From positions 62,001 through 126,000 of the forward strand of contig NW_026867529.1 of assembly GCF_020745735.1 (NCBI RefSeq): a stretch of DNA of 64,000 bases, written 5' to 3'. The notes beneath the pieces are model-generated. The model saw only the letters and a list, made by a program, of their open reading frames with translations. It had not been told where the DNA came from and did not search any database. Shown here in pieces: positions 27,708 through 40,524 of the stretch (position 1 is the first letter of the stretch; each line of letters begins with the position of its first letter). Position numbers and translations under genes: made by a program. This stretch comes from Hemiscyllium ocellatum (taxonomy: Eukaryota).

Positions 27708-28199
27708 CTATGAATATAAAGACGAGAGAACGCATTTAGATCGTTTATTGATCCAGATCGATCTATGTGCATCCAAGTCATGTAATTAGAGACCATTACA
27801 TCTTCATAAAGCAGTCAGGTATTTCTCAAGTGTGACTCTTATCTGTATCCATCAGTGCATTATTGACTCTCAGCAAGAAATTACAAATACTAATTGCACA
27901 TGTTCTTTCGTCATTGTCCATGTCAGAACGTTTTAAATTATTTTTCTTTTAATCTATTATTTAAGGATATTATTATTTGAGGAATGCTTATTACGAATGA
28001 TTATTTTAATTATATCATTATATTTTAAATGTAGGCTGTGACAGCACTTTAGTTGAAAATTGTGGCCATCACTGAATAAAAGTTCAAATGTGATTCTCAC
28101 CTTTATGTATTGGTGACCAATTGCTTGGCAAATCGTGAATATAAGTGACATCACAGTCAGGACATTGTTTCATATTTTTGTTTGTAGGATCTGTATATT

Positions 28200-29290
28200 T
28201 AGGAATAAGTTTTTGTACATGTGTCCCTTAATTTATTTGACCTACTGCTTGGTGTGTTTGGTTTCCCTTTAATGTTTGTGTATGTGGTTATGAGAGTCTC
28301 TTACTTCACTCTTGCCCATGTTGGAGTCTGTGCATGAATAAACATATTCCTGTTCCTTTACTGCTGGGGTGCTCATGTGTTTGTGCTCCGAAATTTTGGT
28401 CTTTTCACATTGTGTAAGCATCATCATGCTAATATGCCATTTTGTTGCTGCCTATGCTTATCTTGTAATGTCTTTGTGAGTGTTCACTTTTCATGAGTGC
28501 TATCTAAAATGTGCACTTATGTGTCTGTTTCAGGTCCTTAATGTTTATGCTTAATAAATGTTAGCATGCAATGTTATGTTTTGATGGATGTTTATATTTA
28601 TATGATGATGTTTGCTTGTGTGGCAATCTTTCCCAAACCATCTCCTGAGAAGCTTGTTTGTGTTACTGTGTGTGGATGCTTGCTGATGCTTGTGCCCATT
28701 ATCCTTATTTAATAAACGCCCCTCTATTTGTTGATCTATGCACTTGTGTGTCTGCATGTGAGACTCTGAATTTGTGTGTACGTGTGACATTGTATACATG
28801 CTGATCAATGTGGTTTAAAAATAACTAATTAAGCTGCCTCTGTCATCGTATGTTTGTGATTCTGAAATTGGGGAAATAATGATATTAATATTTATCTCTG
28901 TGCACTTACGTGCCTGTATGAGTTGACATGTGGGAGGACATTTTTCGGAATTTGTATCTGTGTGTTCATGCGTGTATGTCTGTACGCATTGTGCTGTATG
29001 AATGTATATGTATTCATGCCCATTTGTGTGTTACCGTGTGTCTATATTTCTCATGGTTATGTGTGAGTACCCCTGTTCATTTGTGCAAATAATTTTCTTT
29101 CGGTGTATGTGAGTTTTTGTATGAGCTTAGGTGAGTGTTCAAGTACCACTTGCATGTGTGGCTCTGTGCGAGTATGCGTGTGTGACATCTTATCTATATG
29201 CACATTTGAGTGTGCACATAAATATGTGTCTTGAGGTGAGAGCCCATATATGTGTCATTACATGTGTATTTGCGATCATCTCTCTGTATC
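28200..29290. repeat. Degenerate TG-rich (sense CA-rich) low-complexity tract
   Basis: Dense TGTG/TATG runs over about 1.1 kb, e.g. GTGTGTTCATGCGTGTATGTCTGTACGCATTGTG. Confidence 0.75.
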
Positions 29291-29561
29291 TGTTCTTATA
29301 CCAGACTGCAATTTTTATTATTCTAATTTATTGTTCTAATTTTAATGGATTGCCCATAATTAGATTTGACCTTGGTGTTGTAGGAAACATTTCCCATCAT
29401 CGTGGAGAGATAAGCGTTTTATGAGCAACTCTTCTGTTGCAGTGATAGAATTTCTGTCTCTGAGAGAAAAGGCGTGAGTTCAAATCCCCACTGCCCCAGA
29501 GATAACATTTCTGAATATGTTTATTAGAAAATGTCTACTTGTGTTCTGTATGTGAAACAAA

Positions 29562-32006
29562 ATGATATCAGGTATTCGAATAACAGTAGAGGAAAGTATT
29601 GCGAGGATGATTCAGGAGAAGAGTGAAAGTAACAGGGTGGTTGTTATGGGGGACTTTAACATCCCAGATATTGACTGGGAAAGCTATAGCTCGAGTTCGT
29701 TAGATGGGTCGGTGTTTGTCCAATGTGTGGAGGAGGGTTTCCTGACACAATATGTAGACAGGCCAACAAGAGGTGAGGCCATACTGGATTTGGTTCTAGG
29801 TAATGAACCAGGCCAGGTGTTAGACTTGGACGTAGGTGAGCACTTCGGGGACAGTGACCACAACTCGGTGACTTTTACTTTAGTGATGGAGAGGGATAAG
29901 TGTGCACTGCAGGGCAAGAGTTATAGCTGGGGGCAGGGAAATTATGATGAGGTGAGGCATGACTTAGGATGCGTGGATTGGAAAAATAGGCTTCAAGAGA
30001 AGAACACAAATGATATGTGGAGATTGTTCAAAGAACAGCTATTGGGTGTCCTGGATAAGTATGTACCAGTCCGGCAGGGAGTAAAGGGTCTTGTGAGGGA
30101 GCCGTGGTTTAATAAGGAATTGGAATCCCTTGTGAAAGGGAAGAGGGCGGCCTATGTAAAGATGAGGCGTGAAGGTTCAGTTGGGGCGATAGAGAGTTAT
30201 AAGGTAGCCAGGAAGGATCTAAAGAGAGAGCTAAGAGCAGCGAGAAGGGGACATGAAAAGTCCTTAGTTGGTAGGATTAGGGAAAACCCAAAGGCTTTCT
30301 ATAGGTATGTCATGAATAAAAGGATGACTAGGGTAGGTATCGGTCCAGTCAAGGATAGTAGTGGGAAGTTGTGCGTGGAGGCGGAGGAGATTGGAGAGAC
30401 ACTAAATCAATACTTTTCGTCAGTATTCACTCAGGAACAGGACACTATTGCTGATGTGAATACTGAGTCACAAGTGATTAGAATGGATGGCCTTGAGGTA
30501 TGTAGGGAAGAGGTCTGGGGAATACTGGAAAGGATGAAAATAGATAAGTCCCTTGGGCCTGATGGCATTTATCCTAGTATCCTCTGGGAAGCTACGGAGG
30601 AGATAGCAGAGCCATTGGCCTTGATTTTTATGTCGTCATTGTCTACGGGAATAGTGCCAGAAGACTGGAGGATAGCGAATGTGGTCCCCTTGTTCAAGAA
30701 GGGGAGTAGGGATAGCCCGAGTAACTATAGGCCAGTGAGTCTCACTTCTGTTGTGGGCAAAGTCTTAGAGAGAATTGTAAGTGATAGGATTTATGAACAT
30801 CTGGATAGGAATAACGTGATCAAGGATAGTCAGCATGGTTTTGTGAAGGGCAGGTCGTGCCTCACAAACCTTATTGAGTTCTTTGAGAAGGTGACTAAGG
30901 AGGTGGACGAGGGTAAAGCAGTAGATGTGGTGTATATGGATTTTAGCAAGGCGTTCGATAAGGTACCCCATGGTAGGCTACTGCAAAAACTACGGAGGTA
31001 TGGCATTGAGGGTGCATTAGAGGTTTGGATTAGGAATTGGCTGGCTGGAAGGAGACAGAGGGTAGTAGTTGATGGTATAGGTTCATCTTGGAGTGCAGTT
31101 ACTAGCGGTGTTCCACAAGGATCTGTTTTGGGACCATTGCTGTTTGTCATCTTTATAAATGATCTAGAGGAGGGGCTTGAAAGCTGGGTGAGCAAGTTTG
31201 CGGATGACACGAAAGTCGGTGGTGTTGTGGACAGCAAAGAAGGATGTGGCAGGTTACAGCGGGATATAGATAAGTTGCAGAGCTGGGCAGAAAGGTGGCA
31301 AATGGAGTTCAATGTAGCTAAATGTGAAGTCATTCACTTTGGTAGGAGTAACAAGAAGATGGATTACTGGGCTAATGGTAGGCTACTTGGTAGTGTGGAT
31401 GAGCAGAGGGATCTTGGTGTCCATATACACAGATCTCTGAAAGTTGCCACCCAGGTAAATAGAGCTGTGAAGAAGGCATATGGTGTACTGGGCTTTATTG
31501 GTAGAGGAATTGAGTTCCAGAGTCCTGAGGTCATGTTGCAGTTGTATAAGACTCTGGTGCGGCCTCATCTGGAGTATTGTGTGCAGTTTTGGTCGCCATA
31601 CTGTAGGAAGGATGTGGAGGCATTGGAACGAGTGCAGAGGAGGTTTACCAGGATGTTGCCTGGCATGGTAGGAAGATCTTATGAGGAAAGGCTGAGGCAC
31701 TTGAGGCTGTTCTCATTGGAGAAAAGAAGGTTTAGGGGAGATTTGATAGAGGTGTACAAGATGATTAGGGGTTTAGATAGGGTAGACACTGAGAACCTTT
31801 TTCTGTTAATGGAGTCAGCTGTCACTAGGGGACACAGTTTTAAATTAAGGGGTGGTAGGTATAGGACAGATGTTAGGGGTAGATACTTTACTCAGCGGAT
31901 TGTGAGTTCATGGAATGCCCTGCCAGTAGCAGTGGTGAACTCTCCCTCTTTATGGTCATTTAAGAGGGCATTGGATAAGCATATGGAGGTTATTGGGCTA
32001 ATGTAG
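29562..32006 (+). CDS. CR1 LINE ORF2, 5'-truncated, uninterrupted (partial AP endonuclease plus reverse transcriptase)
   Basis: 814-codon ORF with GDFN..PTRGEAILDLVL..SDH (APE C-terminal part), QHGF, PQGSVLGP and FADD (RT). Confidence 0.92.
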   Translation: MISGIRITVEESIARMIQEKSESNRVVVMGDFNIPDIDWESYSSSSLDGSVFVQCVEEGFLTQYVDRPTRGEAILDLVLGNEPGQVLDLDVGEHFGDSDHNSVTFTLVMERDKCALQGKSYSWGQGNYDEVRHDLGCVDWKNRLQEKNTNDMWRLFKEQLLGVLDKYVPVRQGVKGLVREPWFNKELESLVKGKRAAYVKMRREGSVGAIESYKVARKDLKRELRAARRGHEKSLVGRIRENPKAFYRYVMNKRMTRVGIGPVKDSSGKLCVEAEEIGETLNQYFSSVFTQEQDTIADVNTESQVIRMDGLEVCREEVWGILERMKIDKSLGPDGIYPSILWEATEEIAEPLALIFMSSLSTGIVPEDWRIANVVPLFKKGSRDSPSNYRPVSLTSVVGKVLERIVSDRIYEHLDRNNVIKDSQHGFVKGRSCLTNLIEFFEKVTKEVDEGKAVDVVYMDFSKAFDKVPHGRLLQKLRRYGIEGALEVWIRNWLAGRRQRVVVDGIGSSWSAVTSGVPQGSVLGPLLFVIFINDLEEGLESWVSKFADDTKVGGVVDSKEGCGRLQRDIDKLQSWAERWQMEFNVAKCEVIHFGRSNKKMDYWANGRLLGSVDEQRDLGVHIHRSLKVATQVNRAVKKAYGVLGFIGRGIEFQSPEVMLQLYKTLVRPHLEYCVQFWSPYCRKDVEALERVQRRFTRMLPGMVGRSYEERLRHLRLFSLEKRRFRGDLIEVYKMIRGLDRVDTENLFLLMESAVTRGHSFKLRGGRYRTDVRGRYFTQRIVSSWNALPVAVVNSPSLWSFKRALDKHMEVIGLM

Positions 32007-32086
32007 GTTAGGTAGGCTTTGGTTGGCGCAACATCGAGGGCCGAAGGGCCTGTACTGCGCTGTATTTTTCTATGTTCTATGTTCTA
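29578..32086 (+). mobile_element. Young CR1 LINE in the Cmu4-TM1 intron, antisense to IgM
   Basis: ORF2 above, 3' UTR GGCGCAACATCGAGGGCCGAAGGGCCTGTACTGCGCTGTA and (TTCTATG)n tail; no clear TSD. Confidence 0.92.
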
Positions 32087-32917
32087 ATTGATCCCATGTG
32101 CTCCAGAAAACTGAGACAAAACTATGGAATTCAAACCGGGACGATGCAAACACCAGTTTTGGATTATGGGAATCGATGTTAATCATTTGTTAACAGAGCC
32201 AAGCGTGTCCAACATGTTTCAAAGGTATTATTTTGCATGGAAATGTTCAATCTTTGGACAGTAAGCAAGAAGCTGACTGTTCCTGTTAGTAACTAGGTTA
32301 CATTACTGAGGACATCTACCATGAAAACTCTGCACAGGGAGCAAGAGGACAGACCATTCATCGTTCCCCTCCCCTCTGCTCCACGGCAACTTATCTGTCG
32401 ATTCTCTTTGGTGTGAAAGTGAAGATACATTCTGTCAACTCATGCACTGGCGCAAGATCCCTGGCAGTCCCCCACAAACAAAGGTTACATTCAAACTGTT
32501 CTGAACTCTTTACTATTGGTATGTTCCAATCAAATTTAATTTCAAATTGTATTAAATTTACATTTCCAATTGGTGCAATGTGGCAGTTGAAAACTGACAT
32601 GAATTTTGTAAGAATGTCCAATGGGGGGAATCAAGAACACCAAGTTCAAACCTCGTGCTCTACCCTTGACATAAAATGGACAGTGTCAGATTTTGTCACA
32701 GAGGGACTAAAGATGGATAAGGGACTTGGCGGAATCCTGCAATGAGTGAGCTTTACTCTGTCTCTGACCCAGGGTGTATCTGAGCAGAGAACATTAACTG
32801 CACAAGACACTTGTCCTAGACCTGTTAATAACCCACTTTAACTACACCGATGTAATGTAAGTCAGAGTGAGAAACAACTAATTCAGTATTTACCTCACAA
32901 CTGGAGGGAAAAGAAAC

Positions 32918-32923
32918 TTTATT
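32918..32923 (-). terminator. Poly(A) signal for secreted mu mRNA
   Basis: AATAAA about 37 nt downstream of the secretory stop codon. Confidence 0.75.
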
Positions 32924-32959
32924 ACTTCTGTTGAATTATTAAATGCAACTTTGAGATTT

Positions 32960-33351
32960 TTATTGACATGAATTAACAGTGTCCATCAGTGCAAGTGAAA
33001 TGTTTACGAAACTCGGTTTACCGCTGGATTTATCGACTGTTCTGTTGATGATCTTCAATGGAATCGCTTCATGTCCCACCACACAGGAGTAAGAAGCACC
33101 GCTGGCCCACTCCTCCGCTGTAATGGATAACAGGCTGTAGATGAAGAAGGAGGTGTTGTCACTCTCCGCCATCACCTCGGTGTTCTTGTAGTTACTGGGA
33201 TTCACCTGCTTGTCATTGTTTGTCCACTTGACGAAGATCTCTCGGGGGGAGAAACCTCTCACTAAACAGGTGAGGGAGAGAAACCTCTGAGCGGAGATTT
33301 CTTCTGTTGGTGGCAGGAGGACCGACACTGATGGCTCCAGCGGATTAATCA
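32960..33351 (-). CDS. IGHM: Cmu4 exon plus secretory tailpiece
   Basis: Acceptor [23 protein letters not shown]...[23 protein letters not shown] then [20 protein letters not shown] (NIS glycosylation site, penultimate Cys). Internal donor G|GTAAAC at 33021 for the membrane form. Confidence 0.95.
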
Positions 33352-33806
33352 CTGCAGAATATTTGAGACAAATATAAATCAACCAAAAACATCCTGAACC
33401 AATATCACAATTACACTAAATATTAAAATACGCCATTTTAAATTTGGGATTTATTCACTTTCATTTTCTAAAGGAGCAGTATGGTACACATTCTGTTCAG
33501 TAAAAAAAGTAAAGTTTAATGTGAAAGTTGCCTCCATGTTTCCAGCCCACAACAAGGGCATTCTGTCCAACTGTCATTGCTGATGGTGACATCACAACCC
33601 AGGTTACTTCCCACCTTATCTGACTTAATCAGAATACAATATCCTTTGGTCCATCTTTTTCTTAATCAGCTACTTAGTTATCCTGCCTTCAGATGCATCA
33701 TTAATGCTCCCAACGGTGTTTGTTCATTACCAATCAAAGCCTGCCATTGATGTAACTGGATGTGGATTACACATGGGATGCTTTGTGTTTTAATCTCACC
33801 GCTCAC

Positions 33807-34115
33807 CTTTCTCCTTGTGGATGGAGTCTCTCAGCGGAGTCGGTAGATTCTGATGGTACACCACACATTCAAAAGTAACGCCACTCAGCCAGGCTTCAGT
33901 AGAAATGTCTAATTTGCTGATCACGCTGTCGGGATTCTGTCCAGGCTGGTCAGCAATCTCGGATTTCAGAGGCTTCTTTTCTTGTTTCCAGGTCACGTTG
34001 ACTCCAGAAGGAAGATTGGACACAACGCAGGTTAACGTCACCGTCGCCTCCAGTAAGACTTGTTCTACTGGCGGTGGGAGGATTTTAACGGTGTTAGGGT
34101 GGCACTCGGTATCTT
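33807..34115 (-). CDS. IGHM: Cmu3 exon
   Basis: Acceptor TTCATAG, donor G|[28 protein letters not shown]...[22 protein letters not shown] matches shark mu CH3. Confidence 0.94.
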
Positions 34116-36085
34116 CTATGAAACAAAAATCAAAGTCAATGAAAAATGCCCCTTTATGATACAAACACCCAATCTTCAGATTACTTCTTCACAGGGTGAA
34201 GACACCACCTTCAAAATGGCAACTCCAACCATTGCTGAAACGATGCTTACTGTTGTTGATGTATTTTGATTTGTGAAAGCATTTGTGATTACCTATGACA
34301 TACCCTGTGTCATTATTCCTAAAGAACACTGACTTTGTAACAAGTGACACCTGTGAAAAAAGGTAAAATCATCGAAGATACCATTATGTAACCCATGGAA
34401 TTACCTTTCTTTCAGAGTTTGTCTCTCACTTAAGACCATCTATTGATACTTGGGACAAGAATAATCTGAATATAATGAGTTGAATTCCATGTTCATAACC
34501 CTTAGGTGCAAGTGCTGCTGGTCACGCTGACTGCCAAATCACAGCTCAAATTTCGGACAAATTATAATAAATAATAATTATTCTCTTTGCAGAGTTCTAA
34601 AGTATTACAGGAGCGGTGAATATCCATGGAAATTCTGTTCATTATATTTAACGTGATCAAAAATACTTTGCGTTATTGGTGTGATGTCATTCTCTAATTT
34701 ATGTCATTGTTCCTCGTGGGCTGAGTTTGGAGTAGATCTGAAAACAAGACACTGAGTACAGCATTGGATATCGAGAAGGACACCCATCTCCTTAAGTCTT
34801 TCCCTCCATTCAGTTCGTTCATGACTGGTTTGTACATTCACTTTATTTACCAAGCTGCATTTTTTAATTTCTTCATAGAGCAGGGGAGAAAAAAAACAAA
34901 CAAAAGCATCTTAAATTAATCTCCAAACATGATGGAAATGTACACTAATTTTAGAGACATCCACTACCCACTGTGTAAACATCACCACCCCAAACCAGGC
35001 TAAATCAGCCTGACTCGAGTTCCTCGTTCATTCATCCCTATTGTAGCATTCTTACCAGAATTTATTCTCCTCCCTCATGCACTACTTACAGAGAGCATCT
35101 TAAAGAAGCTCAGTGAGACCACGTTTATCCCAGTTCATCAAATGTGATACCCACTTGGTCTGTGGTCTGATCCCATAAATGAAGTTAAAGAGCTCAGTAC
35201 CAGATAAAAATCGATGTCGTACAATGTCCAAGGCCAACAGGTCATTCCTGATCAGGAAATGAAGCATTGAACGCATTCTGATTTATTTTCAAGTAAGGGT
35301 CCCTGCTTATTTTAACCACGTCATTTTGAGACCACATCATCATGAGATAGAGGATCAGAATAAGGCTGTTCGGCCAATCCAGAGTTTAGATCAGAATGAT
35401 GCTGGAAAAGCACAGCAGGTCAGGCAGCATCCAACAAGCAGGAAAACCGACGTTTCGGACTAAAGCCATTCTACTGTCTTCTCCCCACACTAAACAAGAG
35501 CCAAACTATCTCTGGCTTGAATATACACAATGGCCTGGTCTCCACAGCCCTCTGCAGCAACAAGTTCCACAGATTCATCACCCTCTGGCTGAAGAAATTC
35601 CTCCCCATCTCAGTTCTAAACGATGCCCCTTTGACCCTGAGACTGTGCCCTTGGGTCCTAGTCTCGCCTACCAGTCAAAACATCTATTCCACGTTCACTC
35701 GACCTCAGTCTCTCAGTATTTTTTATGTTTCAATGAGATATCTCTCCAATATCGCCCCTCCACCCCCAAACTTATCCTTGAAGCCACTACCAGGCAAGGA
35801 TTCAGCACTCTGAATGCCTCTCCCAGCAAGGTCAGGCAACAAACTATTTAACAAAGCTCACTGTCTATATATCTATCTTCAACAGAGAGGAAACATGCTT
35901 TTCTGACTTGCCAAAATGTTGAATTATGAGCAATGCTAATGTAACAATCAAACTGAAATGAGATACGTGACATGTTGGGAAACGAGAAGCTGGACCTTGC
36001 TGTTTACTACGCCTGATAAATTAGTGTGTTTGATTCACATCAGAGTTCAGAGTGATTTGTAGCTCTCTCAGTATGTGTCTCTTAC

Positions 36086-36397
36086 CCTGGAGTGCGGTGA
36101 TGTTTTTACTTTGAACGTTCTCTTCATGAGTGACCTGGCAGGTATAGACTGCGCTGTTGTACCATTCACCATAAGGGACCATCAGCCGACTCGTCACCGA
36201 GAAGTTCCCGTTCGCCTCACACACGGGAGACGTGAAGAAGCCAGAATCCAAGAGTCGGCCATTTTTCAACCAACTCACGGAGATTGACTTCGGATGGAAA
36301 TCGATGATTGAACAGACGACAGTTGCAAACTTGCTGCTTGCGATTTCTTCACTGGAGCTCACAGTTAGGAGAAGGGTTGGTGGGAGAGGACCTGTAC
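36086..36397 (-). CDS. IGHM: Cmu2 exon
   Basis: Acceptor CTAAAG, donor G|[39 protein letters not shown]...YTCQVTH matches shark mu CH2 motifs. Confidence 0.94.
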
Positions 36398-36699
36398 CTT
36401 TAGGAAACACATCGCATAAATTATCTGATGAATTTCATAACAAATACAATCAGTTCTCATATATCAAGGTTTCTTGTGGTTAATGGATACAAGAATCATA
36501 ATTGTGCAGAGTGCTGGAGAAGCTGGGATCCACACAGAAAGATCAGCAGGACAATGTGAAAGGCTAAAATTATAGGGCACAGCAAGGGAGTCAAGGAGGC
36601 ATAAAAACGATAGGCCGGTAACATCAGAAGGGAGATAGCAACGTTGGATGGTATTCGTTTTAATGACAGAGTCTGATGAACAAGGCAGATGAAATACTG

Positions 36700-39410
36700 C
36701 CATAAATGAGGAAATGATGCGGTTGCTATCACGGAGACATATTGAGAGCCGGGCAGGAGTGGCTATTCAATATTCCAGGATTTAATGCCTTCAGGCGAGA
36801 CAGGGAAAGATGGAAAAGGATGGAGGCGGGGGTTTGCGGCACAGAATGTTGCTTCTGTCGCAATCCTGACAAGAGTATTTTAGGCTGTAAAGAGAAATGA
36901 AATCATGGATACCTCCTCGAACAAAGGCAAATGGACAGTACTTCAAAACCAAAATACAGCAACCATCACTACTGGGAGAACACGATAGACCTTACCATAG
37001 GTCCAAAAGACCAAGGGCAAAGACATGGGCAAATTTCAGAGAAATGTTAATTAAATAGGGGAATGAGAAAAGAGGTTTTTAACTTCCTCAGCATAGGCTT
37101 GGATATTCATTGTGTCAAAAGTTTAGAGGGAGCACAATTCTGAAAATGCCCCCAGGAGAATATTTTAACAAAGTATGTGTTAATACAGAGAATTTTAATC
37201 CAGACCTTGCAAGAAAGGGGTGAACCTGGACTTAACTTTTGGAAATGAAATCGACCCAGTGGGTAAAACATTGGTGCACTTTGCAGACAGTGAGTGTAAA
37301 TCAGTTGGATTTCAGATTGTACTGCAAAGGAATAGAAATTGTCCCAAAGTTCTGAAAAGGGGAAGGACAATTTTAGTAAGATCAGGTAATGACTTAACCA
37401 GAGTGGACTGGAAGCTGACACTTATTGGTAAATCTGAGTCAGAGCAGTGTGACACATTTAAGGAAGAGATAGGAAAATCACAGGGAGGACATTTCCCAGG
37501 AAGCCATTGAATGGGACCAAGAATGTAGCGGGCTCTGGACACCAAAGGGCATGGAGGGTGAGATAAAGAGAAACAAGGGAGGCTTCTGATCTATACTGAA
37601 ATCTCAGAACAATAGAAATTAGTATGGAGTACAGAACATGAAAGGGGGAGTTTGAAAGACAAAGGAATTAGAAGAGCAAAAGGGACCATGAGAAAATAAT
37701 AGCAGTCAAAATAAAGGAAAATATTTTTAAAAGTTACAGGCTCATTCATAATAAAAGAATTATTCGGGAAACAGTAATGCCCATTAAGTGTTATTATTGG
37801 AGTGGAGTCGGAGGATTAGGTTGTGGTCAAAACAAATGTGTTGTGTCAGTGTTCACTCGTAAGACGGACAATGTGGGGACAGAAATCATGGAGGGGTGTT
37901 GTGATGTACTTTCAGAAATTAGGACACATGATGTGATGTTCTGTGTTGTCTTGCTGAATGAAAAGTGGTTATATTTCCAGGGCAGATGAAAAGTATACCA
38001 AGCGGTTGAGTGATGCAAAGGATGAAATAGTTGGGTCGCTGACAATAATTTAGAATTACTGTTTGGCCACAGCAGTTGTGCCAAGTGAGTGTAGATCAGC
38101 CAACGTTGCACTGTTACGCAGGACAAAGGAAGGGATAAATAATGAAAACACAGATCTGTCAAGCTAGTCTCAGTGGTAGGGAAACTATTGAAAAGTGAAA
38201 TTAGTCTTCATTTGGAAGATAAATCAACAACTTTCAGCACGATTTTATTGAGAGAAAGTCATGTGTAACAATTTGATAGTAGTTTTCAGAGAGATAACTC
38301 GATGTACAGATGATAGCAATAATCAGAGCCAATGGGATCCGAGTTAATTTGACAGATTGGATCTCGAACTGGCTGAGTGATGGGAGCAGGGGATAATAGT
38401 CATCGGGTATCTGCGTGACTGGAAATCTATGTCTCCTGGTGTTCTGTAGGGATTGGTGTTGATTTCCATGTTATTTCTCTTACATACCAATGATTGAGAC
38501 TCAAATTTAGGAGGATGAACCAGTGAATTCACAGATGAAATGAAAACTGTCATGTTGGTAAGTCATGAGCATTATGGCTTTAGATTGCAGGAGGATATAA
38601 AAGGGTTGGTTGTATGTGAAGAGAAGTTGCAAATGGAAATTATTCTGGATAAATGTAAGGTGATGGAATTTGGCAGAAGAATCTGTGAGGTATGACATTT
38701 TGAATGGTGGAACCCTGGAAAGGCCTGAGGATCTTTGGTGCATGTACCCACTGTTCCCCTATAGTACTGTGTCATCTGGATAAAGAGACTAAGAAGGTGG
38801 GAGGATATTTGCTTTTATTAGCCTAGACATTGACAATGAAGAACAGGGAGATAATACTGGAACTTAATAGAACACTGGTTAGGCCATACTGACGCGTTGT
38901 GTGCATGTTATCGAAGGAATGTGATTACACTGAAGGCAGTATTGATTAGATTTGCCAGGATCTTGCCTGGGTTGGAGGGTTTTAGTTATGAAACTAGATG
39001 AGATAGACAGGGGTTTTCCTTGGAGCAGAGGAGAATTAGGGAGAAGATTATCATGATGTCTAGAATTATTTTAGGCATAGACTGGGTAAACTGGATCAAA
39101 CCTTTCCCCTTGATGGAGAGATCAATGCCTCAGGGGCACAGGGTGAAGGTAAGGCCAGGAGGTTCCAAGTGGATCTCAGGGGAAAACAAAATCAAACAGA
39201 GGGTGGTGTTAGCCTGGAGCTCAGCACCTATAAGTCATGTCGAAACTGAGCCCTTCACAATAAGTATGAAGTATTGAAATGCATCCTTGCAAGGGCAAGT
39301 CACACAAGGCAATGGATCATGTGCTGGCACATGGGACTGGAATAGTTAGGTGGCTGTTATTGATAGGCGTAAACTGGATGGATCAAAGGGCCTTTTTCCT
39401 GTGCTGTATA
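36700..39410 (+). mobile_element. Old degraded CR1 LINE in the Cmu1-Cmu2 intron
   Basis: Colinear decayed APE/RT-like sequence ending in a CR1-like 3' UTR (GGATCAAAGGGCCTTTTTCCTGTGCTGTA). Boundaries approximate. Confidence 0.7.
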
Positions 39411-39497
39411 AGGTGATTCTGTGAAAATGGTTATAAATAATGCCTTATTCATATTAATCCCAGATGCTCTGTTTATCTCAGTTCCCACAATACGTAC

Positions 39498-39806
39498 CAC
39501 ATGGCATTTCTTTGCTCTTGTGTGAGTGTGACCCGCTGTGTTCAACCTCACAGTAGATTTTGCTGGGGCAATCTACCGCTGACCCGGGCAGGGTTAACTG
39601 GCTGCTCAGGGTGTATGTTCCCTTCTTGTTTCTCACTGATGGGTAAGTCTTCAATCCATCCGTGATTAGCTCCCCACCTTTCTTCCAGGTTACCTTGGTG
39701 ACGTCAGGAAAATAGTCCATCACCAAACAACCAAAGATTGTCGAATCGGTGTTGTGCTCCTCACAGGAGGAGACCAGGCCATAAAGCGTGGGGGGAGATG
39801 GTGTCT
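39498..39806 (-). CDS. IGHM: Cmu1 exon
   Basis: Acceptor TTGTAG, donor G|GTACGT. (E)[42 protein letters not shown]...[20 protein letters not shown] is a C1-set domain like shark mu CH1. Confidence 0.93.
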
Positions 39807-40149
39807 CTACAATAGAATGACCAATTGAGCATGTTAGTTTCTGTTAATTTGACCTTATCAGTTACTCAAATGTATCCTCAGCTGTAAACATTTGCCAGTA
39901 TGCTCCCGCTGAAGTCTACAGCATAACTGGAGTTTATTTTTGTTTCCTACCAGTTGCTGATCATGATCATTGGTTCCCTCTTTAGAAACATGCCCTCGAC
40001 CTTGACCATTGCCATATCATTTAGGAAGAAGAACATCCTGATCCCACCCCAGGAACTGTTTGAAGATCTCACCAACTGACACTTTCATTGGATTGCTGTG
40101 AAGAGCAGAGAAGTTTCACAAAATACAAACCAAGGAAATGCAGATTCAT

Positions 40150-40470
40150 CGAAATTCTACAGTGTAGACAAACAGGCCATTTGGCCCAACAAGTCCACAC
40201 CCACCCTCTGAAAAGAAACACATCCAGACCCATTCCCCTACCCTATTATGCTACAGTTAACCCTGACTAATGCACCAACCTCCCAATCACTGAACACAAC
40301 ATTTGCAATTCCCCCAGCTTGTACATCTTTGGACTGTGGGAGAAAATGCACACAGATATGGGGAGAAAGTGCCAACTCCACACAGACAGTCACCCGAGGC
40401 TGGAATGGAACCCGAGTCCCTAGCACTGTGAGGCAGCAGCGCTAACCACGGAACCAGCGTGCCGCCCCAC
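40150..40470 (-). mobile_element. HE1-type SINE
   Basis: Reverse complement aligns by eye to 5287-5601. Confidence 0.82.
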
Positions 40471-40524
40471 TAGGTACCCTGCTGCTGGAAATACCCGACA
40501 GAGAAAATACCCCCGGAGAGAAAT

